Source of the DNA: Mantamonas sphyraenae STR306
Lineage: Eukaryota > Protista > CRuMs
Direction of reading: 5' to 3'
Assembly: GCA_026936335.1 (NCBI GenBank)
Contig: JAPMXV010000001.1
Coordinates: forward strand, 377,343 to 441,342
Length of the DNA: 64,000 bases
How positions within the stretch are numbered: the stretch's first letter is position 1; every line of letters starts with the position of its first letter. Positions 47,377 through 59,990 of this stretch are shown here, one piece after another. The position numbers and the translations under genes are program-made. Below the pieces are notes generated by a model. The model saw only the letters and a list, made by a program, of their open reading frames with translations, searched no databases and was not told the DNA's origin.

Positions 47377-50300
47377 ATGACGACCACGAGTGAGTTTTCA
47401 TCGTCGCTCGGTGACGATGACATCTTTGCGTGGATGGAGGCGGCCGAGGCAGCCGAGCAGCAGATGCTGGAAGCATCGCAGCGGTCGGATCGCTCACCGA
47501 AGCGAATGCTAGAGGAGGGGGAGGAGGCATCGCATGTGCAGCAGGATGTGAAGCGGACACGCGTGTGCTCGGAGGACTCTGAAACGAGCGTGCCTGTGGC
47601 ATGGTCAAACCGCAGTATGAGCAGTGAAGAGATGACGAGCGCACGCAGCAGCTCGAGTTCGAGGTGAGCGATTCCCGAAAAACATTCTTTTCGTGTGTTT
47701 TTTGGCGGGAAGGCGGCGGGAACGGGCAGCGCTAACACCGACAGAAACAGCAGCAGCGCTGAGCAAGAAACAAGGGACCAAGGAGGGATGCCGCACATGG
47801 GCAACGATGACTTGGCGTTGCTGAACGCGAAGCTGAAGGAATACTACGGATACGCAAAAGTGCGATCGTTTCAGCGGAACGCAATCGCGTGTGTGCTGAG
47901 TGGGCGCGACAGCTTTGTGCTGATGGCCACGGGAGCAGGCAAGTCGCTGTGTTTCCAGCTGCCGCACATGGTGTCTGGCAAGATCACGCTCGTGGTGTCG
48001 CCTCTGATCTCGCTGATGGCCGATCAGGTGAACGCACTCGAGGAAAACGGGATCCGTGCATGCTCGCTTGGCTCGACGACGCCGCTGGAGACGTTGCGAG
48101 GCGCAGAAAGGGGCGAGTACGACCTGGTGTACCTGACGCCGGAAAAGGTGAGCGTTTGGACGCAGGGCCTAAAGTCGATGCACGCGCAGCGGGAAATCGG
48201 GCTGATTGCCATCGACGAGGCACACTGTGTGTCGGAGTGGGGCCACGACTTTCGTCCAGAGTACAGGCAGCTTGCAGCTGTGCGTGAACATTTGCCAGGA
48301 GTGCCGATGATGGCGCTGACGGCGACGGCGACGCCGAGGGTGGGCGAAGACATCATCCGCAACCTACAGCTGGCCAATGTGTGGGTGGAACGGTCTTCGT
48401 TCAATCGCAGCAACCTGTTTTACGAGGTGCGGCGCAAAGCAAGCGGGGCAAATCAAGTGTACAACTCGCTTGCGTTTATGCTGCCACGCAGGGACGGTGG
48501 GGACTCGCTGGTGGTGGGTACGCACTCGCCGTACTTCAAGGCGTTTGCAGGGACGCAACTGAGCCTGTTGACGGGCGTGTCTGTGGTGTACTGCAGCACG
48601 CAAAGAACGACCGAGGCCGTGGCAAACATGCTGAGCAACAACGGTCTGCGTGCACGTGCGTACCACGCGGGGCTGCCTCTGTCGGAACGAGAGGAGGTGC
48701 ACAAGGCGTTCATGAACGATGAGCTGGACGCGCTGGTGGCGACGACTGCGTTTGGGATGGGCATCGACAAGGGAGACATCCGGCGCGTGGTGCACTACGG
48801 TCTGCCCACGAGCGTGGAAGAATACTTCCAGCAGACAGGGAGGGCCGGGCGTGACGGACTGCCTGCAGAGTGCATCCTTGTGGCCGGGGACGGAGACGCA
48901 CTCACGGCGGCGCGTGTGATTGAAAAGTACAACCCCAACTCGACGGGGCACCTGATGAGCTTGCTGGTGGTGATGAAGCAGTACCTGCACACGCGCAAGT
49001 GCAGGCGGGCGATGATTCTGGAGTACTTTGGAGAGGAAGGCCAATGCGAGAGCGCGAGTGCGTTGGCAGGGCAGGCGCCGGAAAACAACTGCGCAGGGTG
49101 CGACAACTGCTTGCGTGAGATGCGGCTGCCTGGTACGTCTGTGCGTGGCTCTGGTGTGCGCAACGTGGGCCAGGAGGCGTATGTGCTTTTGGCCACGGTG
49201 GTGCAGATGAACGAACACTTTGGTCTGTCGCTGGTGGTGGACGTGTTGCGCGGGTCGCGGAGCAAGAGGGTGCTGCAGTACGACATGGACGAGAAGCCCA
49301 TGTACGGAAAGGGCAGCCGGTTCACAAAGAACTGGTGGAAGAGCCTTGCGCATCTGCTGTGCGATGAGGGATACCTGGAGGAAGTGAGCAAGGACAAGTT
49401 TACCGTGTGGATGTGCTCGTCCAAGGGCCGTGCGTTCCTGGACAAGAACAGGTACTATGAGCGGGGCTCGGAGCAGTATCGGCGGCAGTACGACCACGTG
49501 GGTACACTGGAACTGCCGCTGAACAAGGTGCTGCTGATGGAGCACGACCGCGTGCATCGATACCGATCACCGACGCAGCACGGAAGCAAGGAGGTACTGG
49601 AGACGCCTGCGTTCCGTGTGGAGGGCAGTGAAGACACGAGGCAGGGGGCTGGGCGAGCGCTGCAGGAGGATGAGCGGGTTCTGTTTCGCAAGCTGCTCAA
49701 GGTGCGCACGGAGGAGGCGGCCAAGGCCAACGTGGCAGGAATGAGTGTGATGGACACGCACACACTGCAGCTGCTTGCGATGCAGCGGCCTGTGGACAGG
49801 GAGCACATGTTGGGTGTGGAGGGCGTGGGTGTGGTGAAGCTGGAAAAGTACGGGGCAGCGTTCTGCGAGGCGATCGCAGCGTTTGCGGAGGAGCACAACA
49901 TGAGCACGAACGTGAGCAGCGAGGCGCTGGAGGCGCAGAGCGAGGCAAACACGCAGTTGCTACGCAACCTGGGCAGCAGGTTGGACGGGAGCGTGACGGC
50001 ACCGAGGATGACGCCTGTTCGGGAAGAGGCGATGTCGCTGCTGAGACACACGCAACTGGGTGCGGAAGAGATGGCACAGCAGCGTGGAGTGCAGACGCAA
50101 ACGCTGCTCGGGTATCTGAGCGACGGATTCCTTGCGCTTCCAAACGGCAAGGAGCTGATGATGGAGCACTGGGAAAGGCTGCAGGTGCGGCAAGAGGACT
50201 TTGTGCGCGTGGCAAACGCAGCCAAGGCGTTCAAGACGCAGCACGGCCTGGAGTCGTACAGGGAGGTGCGTTTGGGTGCGCTGAAGCAAACGATCGGGGA

Positions 50301-50511
50301 CGACGGCGTGGGGTTTGGTCTGATGCGGATTGTGCTGGTGGCGCTGGAACTGGGAGTGAATGGAGGGGAAGAGGAAGTGGAGGTGGAGGATGCCGAGGAC
50401 ACGTTGATTCGGGAGCTGCGGGAGGAGGTTGCGCGAAAGGACGCGCTGATTGCGGACCAGCTGGCACAGTTGCAGGAGCTGCGACAACAGCTGGAGGGGC
50501 GGGGCAGGTAG
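47377..50511 (+). CDS. RecQ family DNA helicase (WRN-helicase-like: DEAH, RQC, HRDC, C-terminal HTH), 2 exons
   Basis: MATGAGKSLCFQ, AIDEAHCVSEWGHDFRPEY, ALTATAT, ATTAFGMGIDKGDIR, QQTGRAGRDG, CRRAMILEYFGE...CDNC, HRDC. Intron 47664-47744 with a GCTAAC branch site. Confidence 0.95.
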
Positions 50512-51672
50512 TGCAGGATCATTCTTGTGTGTGCGCTGGCGCTTGATGTCCGAGGAGGTGGACGCGGAAAGAGTGCGCTTGCGTGGGCCGGTTCGAATCG
50601 ACTGGAGGGGGGCGGCCGAGGCGTCGTAGACAGAGCGAATGAAAAAGTGGCGGTCGCCAAACATACGAAGACCAGCGAATTTGTACAGGGGCGCGTCGTG
50701 TGCGGAAAAGCCCGGATGGAGGGTGTCTGCGGCAGTGGATTGGAGGAAACGCGGGCGCTCGGAGCCCAAAGTGTTGCGTAGGCCACAGACAAGGCCAGAA
50801 AAGGTGGCTCGGATCTCGTCAATGAGACGGTCGTTGAGAAGGGAGGCAATGGTTGCGCCACCGGCGGCGACGTCGACAAAGCGCACGTTGTGGGTGCCGC
50901 GAAGGTGCTGGAGAATCCAGGGTAGAGAGAGGCGGTCTGTGCGGGCGTCGTCGGGCTGGGCAAGGACGATGGAGAGGTTGAAGGTGTCGCGAAGGACAGC
51001 GTCGAGGGTGTCGTCGTCAGCGTGGAGGGGCAGGTCTTGGGAGTCGAGGTGGGCGTCGAGGTGGGCGAGCAGAGTGCTGCGGCCTTGTTCGGAGGTGTAG
51101 ACGACTGCGGGGAGGTCTGGTCCGAGGACAGGGTGTTCGGGAGGCAGGTTGCCGGAGTAGGTGACGACGGCTTGGAGAGGCGGGTCGGTGGAGCGCGTTT
51201 GGGAGCGGTGCTCCACGAGATCGTCGTCTTGGGGCGCGTAGCGAGCACCAGGCTCGAGGCGCAGCTGGCCGCCACTGAGAAGGACGGCGTCGGCAAGGGC
51301 CCAACCAAAGTTGAGGAGGCGCCAGTCTGCAGCAGAGCCTGCCTCGCCGTCAGGGACGTGTGCGAGGGCGATGTGTTTCGAGTCGCTCGCGCCTTTGTCT
51401 AGGAAGGAGGTGATGCCGTCTGCGGGGGGGAAGGGGGGTGGTTAGGGTGGGGGGGGGAACAAGGGAAGGAGGGGGGAGGGGAGAGGGGGGTGATTACCGA
51501 GGGAGGAGACAGAGTTGCTCCAGATGTAGGGGCGGGTTTCAGGGACGGTGACGTGGTCGAGGGAGTAGAACTCGCACATGTCTGCAAGGGAGATGCGACC
51601 CGCGTCGTCTGTGGTAAAGTCGCCGAGGCGTGCGATGGGGGTTGACACGGCGGAGGAGGAGGAGGAGGTCAT
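49960..51672 (-). CDS. RibD C-terminal (pyrimidine reductase/DHFR-fold) domain protein (2 exons); C-terminus uncertain
   Basis: Spliced RPYIWSNSVSSL|DGITSF, ADAVLLSGGQLRLEP, PLQAVVTYSGNLP, VDVAAGGATIASLLNDRLIDEIRAT. The frame stays open antisense into RecQ until 49960. Confidence 0.75.
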
Positions 51673-51702
51673 GTGTGGGTTGGCGGACTGCGCGCCAGCC
51701 AA

Positions 51703-52554
51703 ATGGAACATGTGGAGCTGGTGGGGAGGCTGGACGAACGTGGGTGGTCCGAAATGAGAGATCGGATGCAGGAGATGGTGTCGCTGAGGTCACTGGTGTG
51801 GCTGGACAGCGGGTGCGACGAAGAAAGGGTAAGGGAGTTGGTGGAGCTGGTCAAGAAGCACAAAGGAGTCGTCAGCGTGGCACTGCACTCTCATCAATGC
51901 GGAGACGTTGGCCTGCTGGGAAGTTTGTACGAGGCAACTCAGGAAAACCTGCGTGGAATGGACGAGCTGGAGGCCGGGATTGAGTGTGGAGACGTGCAGG
52001 AGGTCAGTCGGTGTTTGCGGCATGGCACGCCAGTGCAAAGGCGGGTGTTGCGGAAATGTGTGATGGCAAATGATGGGGTTGTGTTGAATGTGCTGTTGGA
52101 GCACGGGGGCGATCCGGAGGAGGCTGTGGAGAAGGCGGCAGGGTTTGGGCGGCCGGCACTGGTGTTTGTGGCCCTGTGGCACGGTGCTACGCCGCCGGCG
52201 GGTGTGCGATATGGAGGGCAGCGGTTGGTTTGCGAGATGTTGGTGGAGGGGTGGAAGAGGCAGGATCTGAGAGAGTTGTTTGAATGCGAGGAAAGGGTCG
52301 CTTTTGAGGGGATTCAGGGGTGCATGATGCCGGTACAGGTACAGTGGAGTGAGGATGTACATTGGATGTGGAGTGGACACATGGATAGAGCGGTGGAGGT
52401 GGCGTTGGTGATGAACGGGGAGGAGAGGGAGGCGATGTTTGCGTGTGGAGGGATGGAGGAGTATGTGGAGGAGGGTGGGTGGGATGGGTGGGTGACACTG
52501 CCGGATGAGGTGATGGAGAGGGTGATTGGGTGGATGGGGAAGGGATGGTGGTGA
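51703..52554 (+). CDS. Hypothetical protein with degenerate ankyrin-like repeats and a C-terminal F-box/SOCS-like motif
   Basis: GDVQEVSRCLRHG, VLNVLLEHGGDP, AAGFGRPALVFVALWHGA; ends WVTLPDEVMERVIGWM. Confidence 0.55.
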   Translation: MEHVELVGRLDERGWSEMRDRMQEMVSLRSLVWLDSGCDEERVRELVELVKKHKGVVSVALHSHQCGDVGLLGSLYEATQENLRGMDELEAGIECGDVQEVSRCLRHGTPVQRRVLRKCVMANDGVVLNVLLEHGGDPEEAVEKAAGFGRPALVFVALWHGATPPAGVRYGGQRLVCEMLVEGWKRQDLRELFECEERVAFEGIQGCMMPVQVQWSEDVHWMWSGHMDRAVEVALVMNGEEREAMFACGGMEEYVEEGGWDGWVTLPDEVMERVIGWMGKGWW

Positions 52555-52816
52555 CGGCGAGTGGTGGAGGGGGGAAGAGGTGAGGGAGGAAGTGCAATTT
52601 TCCCGACTCGAAGTGGAGCAAAATGAAGTTGGATCCGTTTTATGGATGGGTGATCGACCCCTGGCGCAAGGAGACAAGTGGAAGGCCGTGTGCAAAAGCG
52701 CGACTCAAGCGATGAGGAGAACGTGAGGACAAGACTTTTCCACACGTGCGATGGTGAAACAGTGGGCATCCCAGGGTGCAGTGGAGTGGTCGTGGGGAGT
52801 GTGGGAATGAAGGGGT

Positions 52817-55763
52817 TCATTCGAGGCGCTGGCGTTTGGAGGAGGAGGAGGAGGAGGAGGAAGGGTCTTTGCGCTTGGGGAGGGTGAAGGAGGGGATGGG
52901 GTAGGCGTTGACGAGTGCGGTGGTGGTGGGACGGGTGTTGATGTGGGGTGTAATGCGGTCGATGAGTGTGTGGAGGAGGGTGTGCAGTGTGGCGTCGCTG
53001 GGTTTGGGGGTGTCGAGCCAGGCGATCTTGAGGGAAAGGGAGGTGACACCACGGGTGAGGGTGTTGCTGATGGCAAGTTGTACCTGCTGGTAGGTGAAGT
53101 GTGGCCTGAGGAGGCGGACAAAGAAGGCCAGGTCGACAGGCGGCACGCCAACGTTGCCAAAGCGCCAGGATGATGTGTCGCAGCAGGGAGTTCAAGCTGC
53201 CGTTGTTGATCAGATCGCGCAGTGCCTGGAGCTCGTGTGTGTGCTGATGGCGAGGGTGCTTGGCTGCGCGTGCCTTCATGTGTGCCAGCAGCGTCTTGAA
53301 CTCCCGCGCCGTGCAGCTGCCACGCTCGTCGCTGTTGGCGCTGCTCCAGCCACTGCGCACAGAATCGGGATGCCACTTGTCCACCTTGTTGGTGGTGAAG
53401 TGCTGGTCGTAGTCGCATTGCGTCCAGTGTGGGTCGCTGTCGTTGTCAGCAGGGCGTCGTGCTTCCTGCAGCCACACCTGGGTCTGCTCGTGTTCCTTCC
53501 AGGTGCTGGGATGGGTCCTGTTGCCGAGTGTGTCCATCTCTGTCATGAGCAGGTGGAGAGGAGGGCGTAGTTGGGGTTGCCGTGGTCGTGTGGCTCCTCC
53601 AGCCAGCACACCTTCAACCCAGCCTTTGACACACCCATGGCCAGACCAGCGTTGTTGATGGCATGGCTGCACGCTTCTTGATCCATGCCACGTCCGAGCA
53701 GGATGAGGCAGAGTGCCATGTCGCCCTGGGAGAGGGGAATGTTGCCCAGAGCGAGCTGAATCTGTCGGACCAGCGTGGTCGAGGTGCCATGGCAGACCAC
53801 AACACGCGCCTGCAGGGTCATGAGGTCGGGGATGTCGTCGATGGGATGCTCGTTGGCCAGGGTGTGCAAGTGCTTCAGCAGTGCCGTGTGCTCCTTCTTG
53901 TTGCTGTGCATGCGCTCGCTCTTGCGCCAGTTTGTCCAACCACTGCGCACAACGCCATCTGGCAGTCCCTCCTCCACGGCCATCAACTCCTCCTCTGTGG
54001 GCTCGGGCAGAACAAGCTTGGGTATGCGGAGGGTGTTGACGAGTGCGGTGGTGGTGGGGCGGGTGGTGATGTGGGGTGCGATGCGGTCGATGAGGGTGTG
54101 CAGGAGGGTGTGCAGTGTGGCGTCGCTGGGTTGGGGTTGTCAAGCCAGGCGATCTTGAGGGAGAGGGAGGTGACACCCCGAGCGAGGGTGGCGCTGACGG
54201 CATCGGCAACGTGGTGGTAGGTGAGGTGTGGCCTGAGAAGACGGACAAAGAAGGCCAGGTCGACAGGCGGCACGCCAACGTTGCCTAGCGCCAGGATGAT
54301 GTGTCGCACAAGGGACTGCTTGCTGCCGTTGTTGATCAGCTCACGCAATGCATGGTGCTCGTGTGAGTACTGATGGCGAGGGCACTTGGCTGCGCGTGCC
54401 TGCATGTGTGCCAACAGCGTTTCGAACTCCCGCGCCGTGCAGCTGCCACGCTCGTCGCTGTTGGCTTTGCTCCAGCCACTGCGCACAGACTCAGGATGCC
54501 ACTTGTCCACCTTGGTTGTGATGAGGTGATGGTCGTAGTCGCATTGTGTCCAGTGTGGGTCGCTGTTGTTGTCAGCAGGGCGTCGTGCTTTCTGCAGCCA
54601 CAGCTGGGTCTGCTGGTGCTCCTTCCAGGTCGTGGGATGGCGTCTGTCGCCAAGAGTGTCCATCTCTGTCATGAGCAGGTGGAGGAGGGCGTAGTTGGGG
54701 TCGCTGTGGTCGTGTGGCTCCTCCAGCCAGCACACCTTCAACCCAGCCTCTGTCACACCCACGGCCAGACCAGCGTCACGGATGGCGAATCTGCACGCCT
54801 GTTGATCCATGTCACGGCTGAGAAGGGTGAGGCAGAAGGCCATGTCACCCTGGGAGAGGGGAATGTTGCCCAGAGCGAGCAGAATCTGTCGGACCAGCGT
54901 GGTCGTGGTGCCATGGCAGACCACAACACGCACCTGCAGGGTCACGAGGTCGGGGATGTTGTCGATGGGATGCTCGTTGGCCAGGGTGTGCATGTGGTTC
55001 AGCAGTGCCGTGTGCTCCTTTTTGTTTCTGTGGCTGCGCTCGTCGCTGAGTCCCCCTGTCCACCCTTTGCGCACAACTCCATCTGGCAACTTGCTCGTCT
55101 TGTCACGCCTGCTTTCTTCCGTGCACCGTTGTCTCCGTTCTTGGCCCCCCTTGCCCGTGTGCTCGACGTTCCTGTCTCCGTGCCACTGCCAGTCGTGACC
55201 CTGTGCCCGTGCTTTCCATTCCATGTGCTGCTTTGTGTCCCAGAGCGACATCCGCTGCGGCCCCTCTGTCGTGTGCGGCGACTGCTTCGTTTGGGCAGCG
55301 ACTGTTCATCCATGTTCTCCTGCTCCATGTCGTCTGTGTCGTCATCGCTATTGTCCCCAGGTATGGAATCCCCATCTATAGTGGTTGTTGACGTTGTGGT
55401 CGTGGCTGTGTGGTCTTGCGAGACGGGCTGAGCCCAGGCCTCGTCGCTCGCCTCGACATACCGGAGCACGTCATCCTGAGTCATCCAATCGGTGTCGTGG
55501 AAGCGGTAGAAGCGCCCTGCGGGTTGTGCGGTGTCCACATACAGCGTTCCAGGCTCGTTGAAGCGTTCGGAGGAAAGGTTAGACATATTGCGGCGCGCAG
55601 CAGGCGCAGGCGGCGGGGGAGGAGTGGTGTTGGATGTGTGCCGGCGGTTCGGATAGTGTAACAGAACAGGAACCCACACAAAGGACTGCATGGAGTTCTG
55701 TGGAGACGCGTAGCCGGGTGGGGAAAGATGATGCCGAGGAATGTAGCCTCGTTGCAGGTTCAT
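52817..55763 (-). pseudogene. Subtelomeric repeat-domain gene, copy 1 (four apparent indels; divergent N-terminus)
   Basis: Collinear with copy 3 from ~55340 to the stop at 52817. Frame breaks at ~55104, ~54133, ~53558 and ~53160, some in homopolymers (may be assembly errors). Start approximate. Confidence 0.7.
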
Positions 55764-56112
55764 TGGACCGAAACTGAGTGGAACACGATAGGGGGTAGGT
55801 TGGGATGGGCGTGTAATGATGCATGTGCGTGAAGGTTGGAGGATGGTTAGCATAGCGTGGACGGTTGGGCGCAACGAGGGACCTTTGAAGGCGGATGGAG
55901 CGGCAAGTGTGTGCAAAGGACGGTTGACGGAACCGAGATGCGAAACATGGAAGGGTACTTACACGGAGTAGGGATGGTATGAGCGGAAGGGGGAACTGGT
56001 GTTGCTGTGAATGGTGAGAAGTTGTTGTTGGAAACGTTGGTTGGGCAGGTGAGGGTGAGTGGAATTTCGCACACGCCACTGAGGACAAAGGTGCGTGTGA
56101 TACGTGTGAGTG

Positions 56113-59100
56113 TTACTCTAGGCGTTGGCGTTTGGAGGAGGAGGAGGAGGAGGAGGAGGAAGGGTCTTTGCGCTTGGGCAGGGTGAAGGAAGGGATGGGG
56201 TAGGCGTTGACGAGTGCGATGGTAGTGGGACGGGTGGTGATGTGGGGTGTGATGCGGTCGATGAGGGTGTGGAGGAGGGTGTGCAGTGTGGCGTCGCTGC
56301 GTTGGGGTTTGTCGAGCCAGGCGATCTTGAGGGAGAGTGTGGTGACGCCGCGGGTGAGGATGTTGCTGATGGCACCCACGACTTGCTGGTAGTTGAGGTG
56401 TGGCCTGAGGAGGCGGACAAAGAAGGCCAGGTCGACAGGCGGCACGCCAACGTTGCCCAGCGCAAGGATGACGTGTCGCAGCAGGGACAGCAGGCTGCCG
56501 TTGTTGATCAGCTCACGCAGTGCATGGTGCTCGTGTGCATGCTGATGGCGAGGTTGATTGGCTGCGCGTGCCTTCATGTGTGCCAGCAGCGTCTGGAACT
56601 CTCGCGCCGTGCAGCTACCACGCTCGTCGCTGAGAGAGTGCGCTGCCCAGCCACTGCGCACAGACTCGGGATGCCACTTGTCCACCTTGGTGGTGGTGAG
56701 GTGGTGATCGTAGTCGCATTGTGTCCAGTGCTGGTCGCTGTCGTTGTCAACAGGGCGTCGTGCTTTCTGCAGCCGCAGCTGGGTCTGCTTGTGCTCCTTC
56801 CAGGAGGTGGGATGGGGCCTGTCGCCGAGAGTGTCCATCTCTGTCATGATAAGGTGGAGGAGGGCGTAGTTGGGGTCGCCGTGGTCGTGTGGCTCCTCCA
56901 GCCAGCACACCTTCAACCCAGTCTTTGTCACACCTGTGGCCAGACCAGCGTGGTTGATGGTAACGCTGCACGCCTGATGATCCACATTACGGCCGAGGAG
57001 GATGAGGCAGAAGGACATGTCGCCCTGGGAGAGGGGAATGTTGCCCAGAGCGAGCTGAATCTGTCGGACCAGCGTGCGCAGGGTGCCATGGCAGACCACA
57101 ACACGCGCCTGCAGGGTCATGAGGTCGGAGATGTCGTCGATGCGGTGCTCGTTGGCCAGGGTGTGCATGTGGTTCAGCAGTGCCGTGTGCTCCTTCTTGT
57201 TGCTGTGCATGCGCTCGCTCTTGCGCCAGTGACGTCCAGCCACTGCGCACAACGCCATCTGGCAGTCCCTCCTCCACGGCCATCAACTCCTCCTCTGTGG
57301 GCTCGGGCAGAACAAGCTCAGCGATGTCTATGGCGTTGACTGCGTCAACGGTGGTGGGACGTGTGGTGATGTGGGGTTTGATGCGGTCGATGAGGGTGTG
57401 GAGGAGGGTGTGCAGTGTGGCGTCGCTGGGTTTGGGGTTGTCCAGCCAGGCGATCTTGAGGGAGAGGGATGTGACGCCGCGAGTGAGGGTGTTGCTGATG
57501 GCACCGTTCACATGCTCGTAGGTGAGGTGTGGCCGGAGGAGGCGGACAAAGAAGGCCAGGTCGACAGGGGGGACGCCAACGTTGCCCAGCGCCAGGATGA
57601 TGTGTCGCACAAGGGACAGCTGGCTACCGGTGTTGATCAGCTCACGCAGTGCATGGTGCTCGTCTGTGTGCTCATGGCGAGGGTACTTGGCTGCGCGTGC
57701 CTTCATGTGTGCCAGCAGCGTCTGGAACTCCCGTGCCGTGCAGCTGCCACGCTCGTCGCATGTTGCAGCACCGGTCCAGCCACTGCGCACGGACTCAGGG
57801 CGCCATTGTTCCTCGGTGGTGGTGAGGTGGTGGTCGTAGTCGCATTGTGTCCAGTGTGGGTCGCTGTCGTTATCAGCAGGGCGTCGTGCTTTCTGCAGCC
57901 ACAGCTGGGTCTGCTTGTGCTCCTTCCAGGTGGTGGGATGGGGTATGTCTCCGAGAGTGTCCATCTCTGTCATGAGCAGGTGGAGGAGGGCGTAGTTGGG
58001 GTCGCCGTGGTCGTGTGGTTCCTCCAGCCAGCACACCTTCAACCCAGCCTCTGTCACACCCATGGCCAGACCAGCGTCTTTGATGGAATGGCTGCACGCC
58101 TGTTGATCCAACTCACGGCCGAGAAGGGTGAGGCAGAAGGCCATGTCGCCCTGGGAGAGGGGAATGTTGCCCAGAGCGAGCTGAATCTGTCGGACCAGCG
58201 TCAACTGGGCGCCGTGGCAGACCACAACACGCGCCTGCAGGACCATGAGATCGGAGATGTTGTCTATGGGATGCTCGTTGGCCAGGGTGTGCATGTGTCT
58301 CAGCAGTGCCGTGTGCTCCTTCTTGTTGCTGTGGCTGCGCTCGTCACTGATTCCCGCTGTCCACCCTTTGCGCGCAACACCATCTGGCAACTTGTTCGTC
58401 TTGTCCACCCCTGCGTTCTTCCGTGCGCCGTTGTCTCCGTTCTTGGCCCTCCCTGCCCGTGTGCTCGACGTTCCTGTCTCTGTGCCACTGCCAGGCGTGA
58501 CCCTGACCCTGCGCTGACCGCTGCCTTTCATATTTTGTGGACCAGTCTGTCGGCTAATGTGGCCTCTGCGTCGTCGTGTGCGGACTCTTCTTGTGCACCT
58601 CGGCTGCCATTCGTCCGTGTTCTCCTGCTCCATGTCGTCTGTGTCGTCGTCGCTGTCTTCTTGCGGCATGTACTCCTCATCCATGGCATCACCAGCATCT
58701 GCAAAGCTAAGTGTGCCCTGAGTTTCCGACTCGTCATCCGCGTGCTGCTGGGTTGCATGGTTTGCCTCGCCGTCTTCATCGTACGCCTCCATCCCTGAGC
58801 TGGTCATCCACTCTGAGTTGCTGGAGATTGACCGTGGTGCACGGTGGCCAAAGTTCAGGAACATCAGGTCCTCCACGTCGCCGGTGTCATGTGTGGCTGT
58901 GTCTTGGTCTGCGTCGTCGTCGTCGCTGTCTCCGGTCTGCCGTGTGCCCTGCTGGGTGGAGGACGACGATGTGGTGGTGGATGTGGTCCGTGTGATGCCG
59001 ACAAAAGCAGGGCTGATGCGTTTGGGGACACTGTTGTGGTTTGTGGTGGGTTGAGCAGGCGGAGGGTGCAACGGAGGCTGAGCGAAGTGCACCTGGGCGG

Positions 59101-59296
59101 TTTGTCGCGGCTGAGGAGGCGGCGGAGGAGGGTAGGGGTAGTATGGGTGGCCCTGATGAGCATATGCGTGTTGCTGCTGGGGATGGGTGTTGACAGGGAC
59201 CCACATGATGGGTGGTTGTGGGTTCTGGTACGGGTTTTGTACGCCAGAAACGGGCAGCATGTTCGGAAACGGCTGGGCAGCCACGGGAGGGACCAT
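56113..59296 (-). pseudogene. Subtelomeric repeat-domain gene, copy 2 (one apparent +1 indel at ~57232)
   Basis: MVPPVAAQPFPNML...KRQRLE*, full-length paralog of copy 3 split between ORFs 56987-59797 and 56113-57258. Confidence 0.7.
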
Positions 59297-59990
59297 GTAC
59301 GCGTAGCTGTGGGGGGAGACGGGGAGGGGCAGGGCGGAGTGGGACTGGTGAGCGGAAGGCGGAACGGACGCCGTCAGAGCAGAAGCGGGGGTGAAGGGAG
59401 GCTGGAACGAGCAGGGAGGGAAAAGATGGAAGGAGGGAGGCAGACGCGGAAACTGGCCACGGGGAGGGCAGTGACAGGGGAGAGGGAATCGGAGAAGAGC
59501 GGAGAAGGCAGCGACGGTGGTAATGGGGATGTGCAGATGCAGGGAAGGAGGGCAGGGAAGCGACGCAGGCATGGAGGAGGCAAGCAAGCGGGAGAAGCGG
59601 GCAGTCAGAAAACGGAGTGGAAGGCAGAACGCACGCTGTGTAGGTGTTGGGTGTGTGTTGTTGCTTGGGAGTGCTTGAGTAGTCTTTGTCCATGATTGTG
59701 GTGGTGGTAGTGGAGTGTAAGTGGATTGTATTGGACTGGTGGAGGGTGTTGTGGGTGTTGGTGACGTTTTGGTTGAAGGCGGATGGGTGGGGTGCACAGG
59801 TGTACGAGGCTAAAGAGACGGGGTTGGTGATGAACGGGGAGGAGGGGGAGGCAATGTTTGGGTGTGGTAGGATGGAGGAGTATGAACCGACTGCACAGTG
59901 GATGACACTGCCGGAGGAGGAGATGGAGAGGGTGGTTGGGTGGGTGGGGAGGGAGGGTGAGTGGGAAGGGTGTGGGAATGAAAGGGTGGT

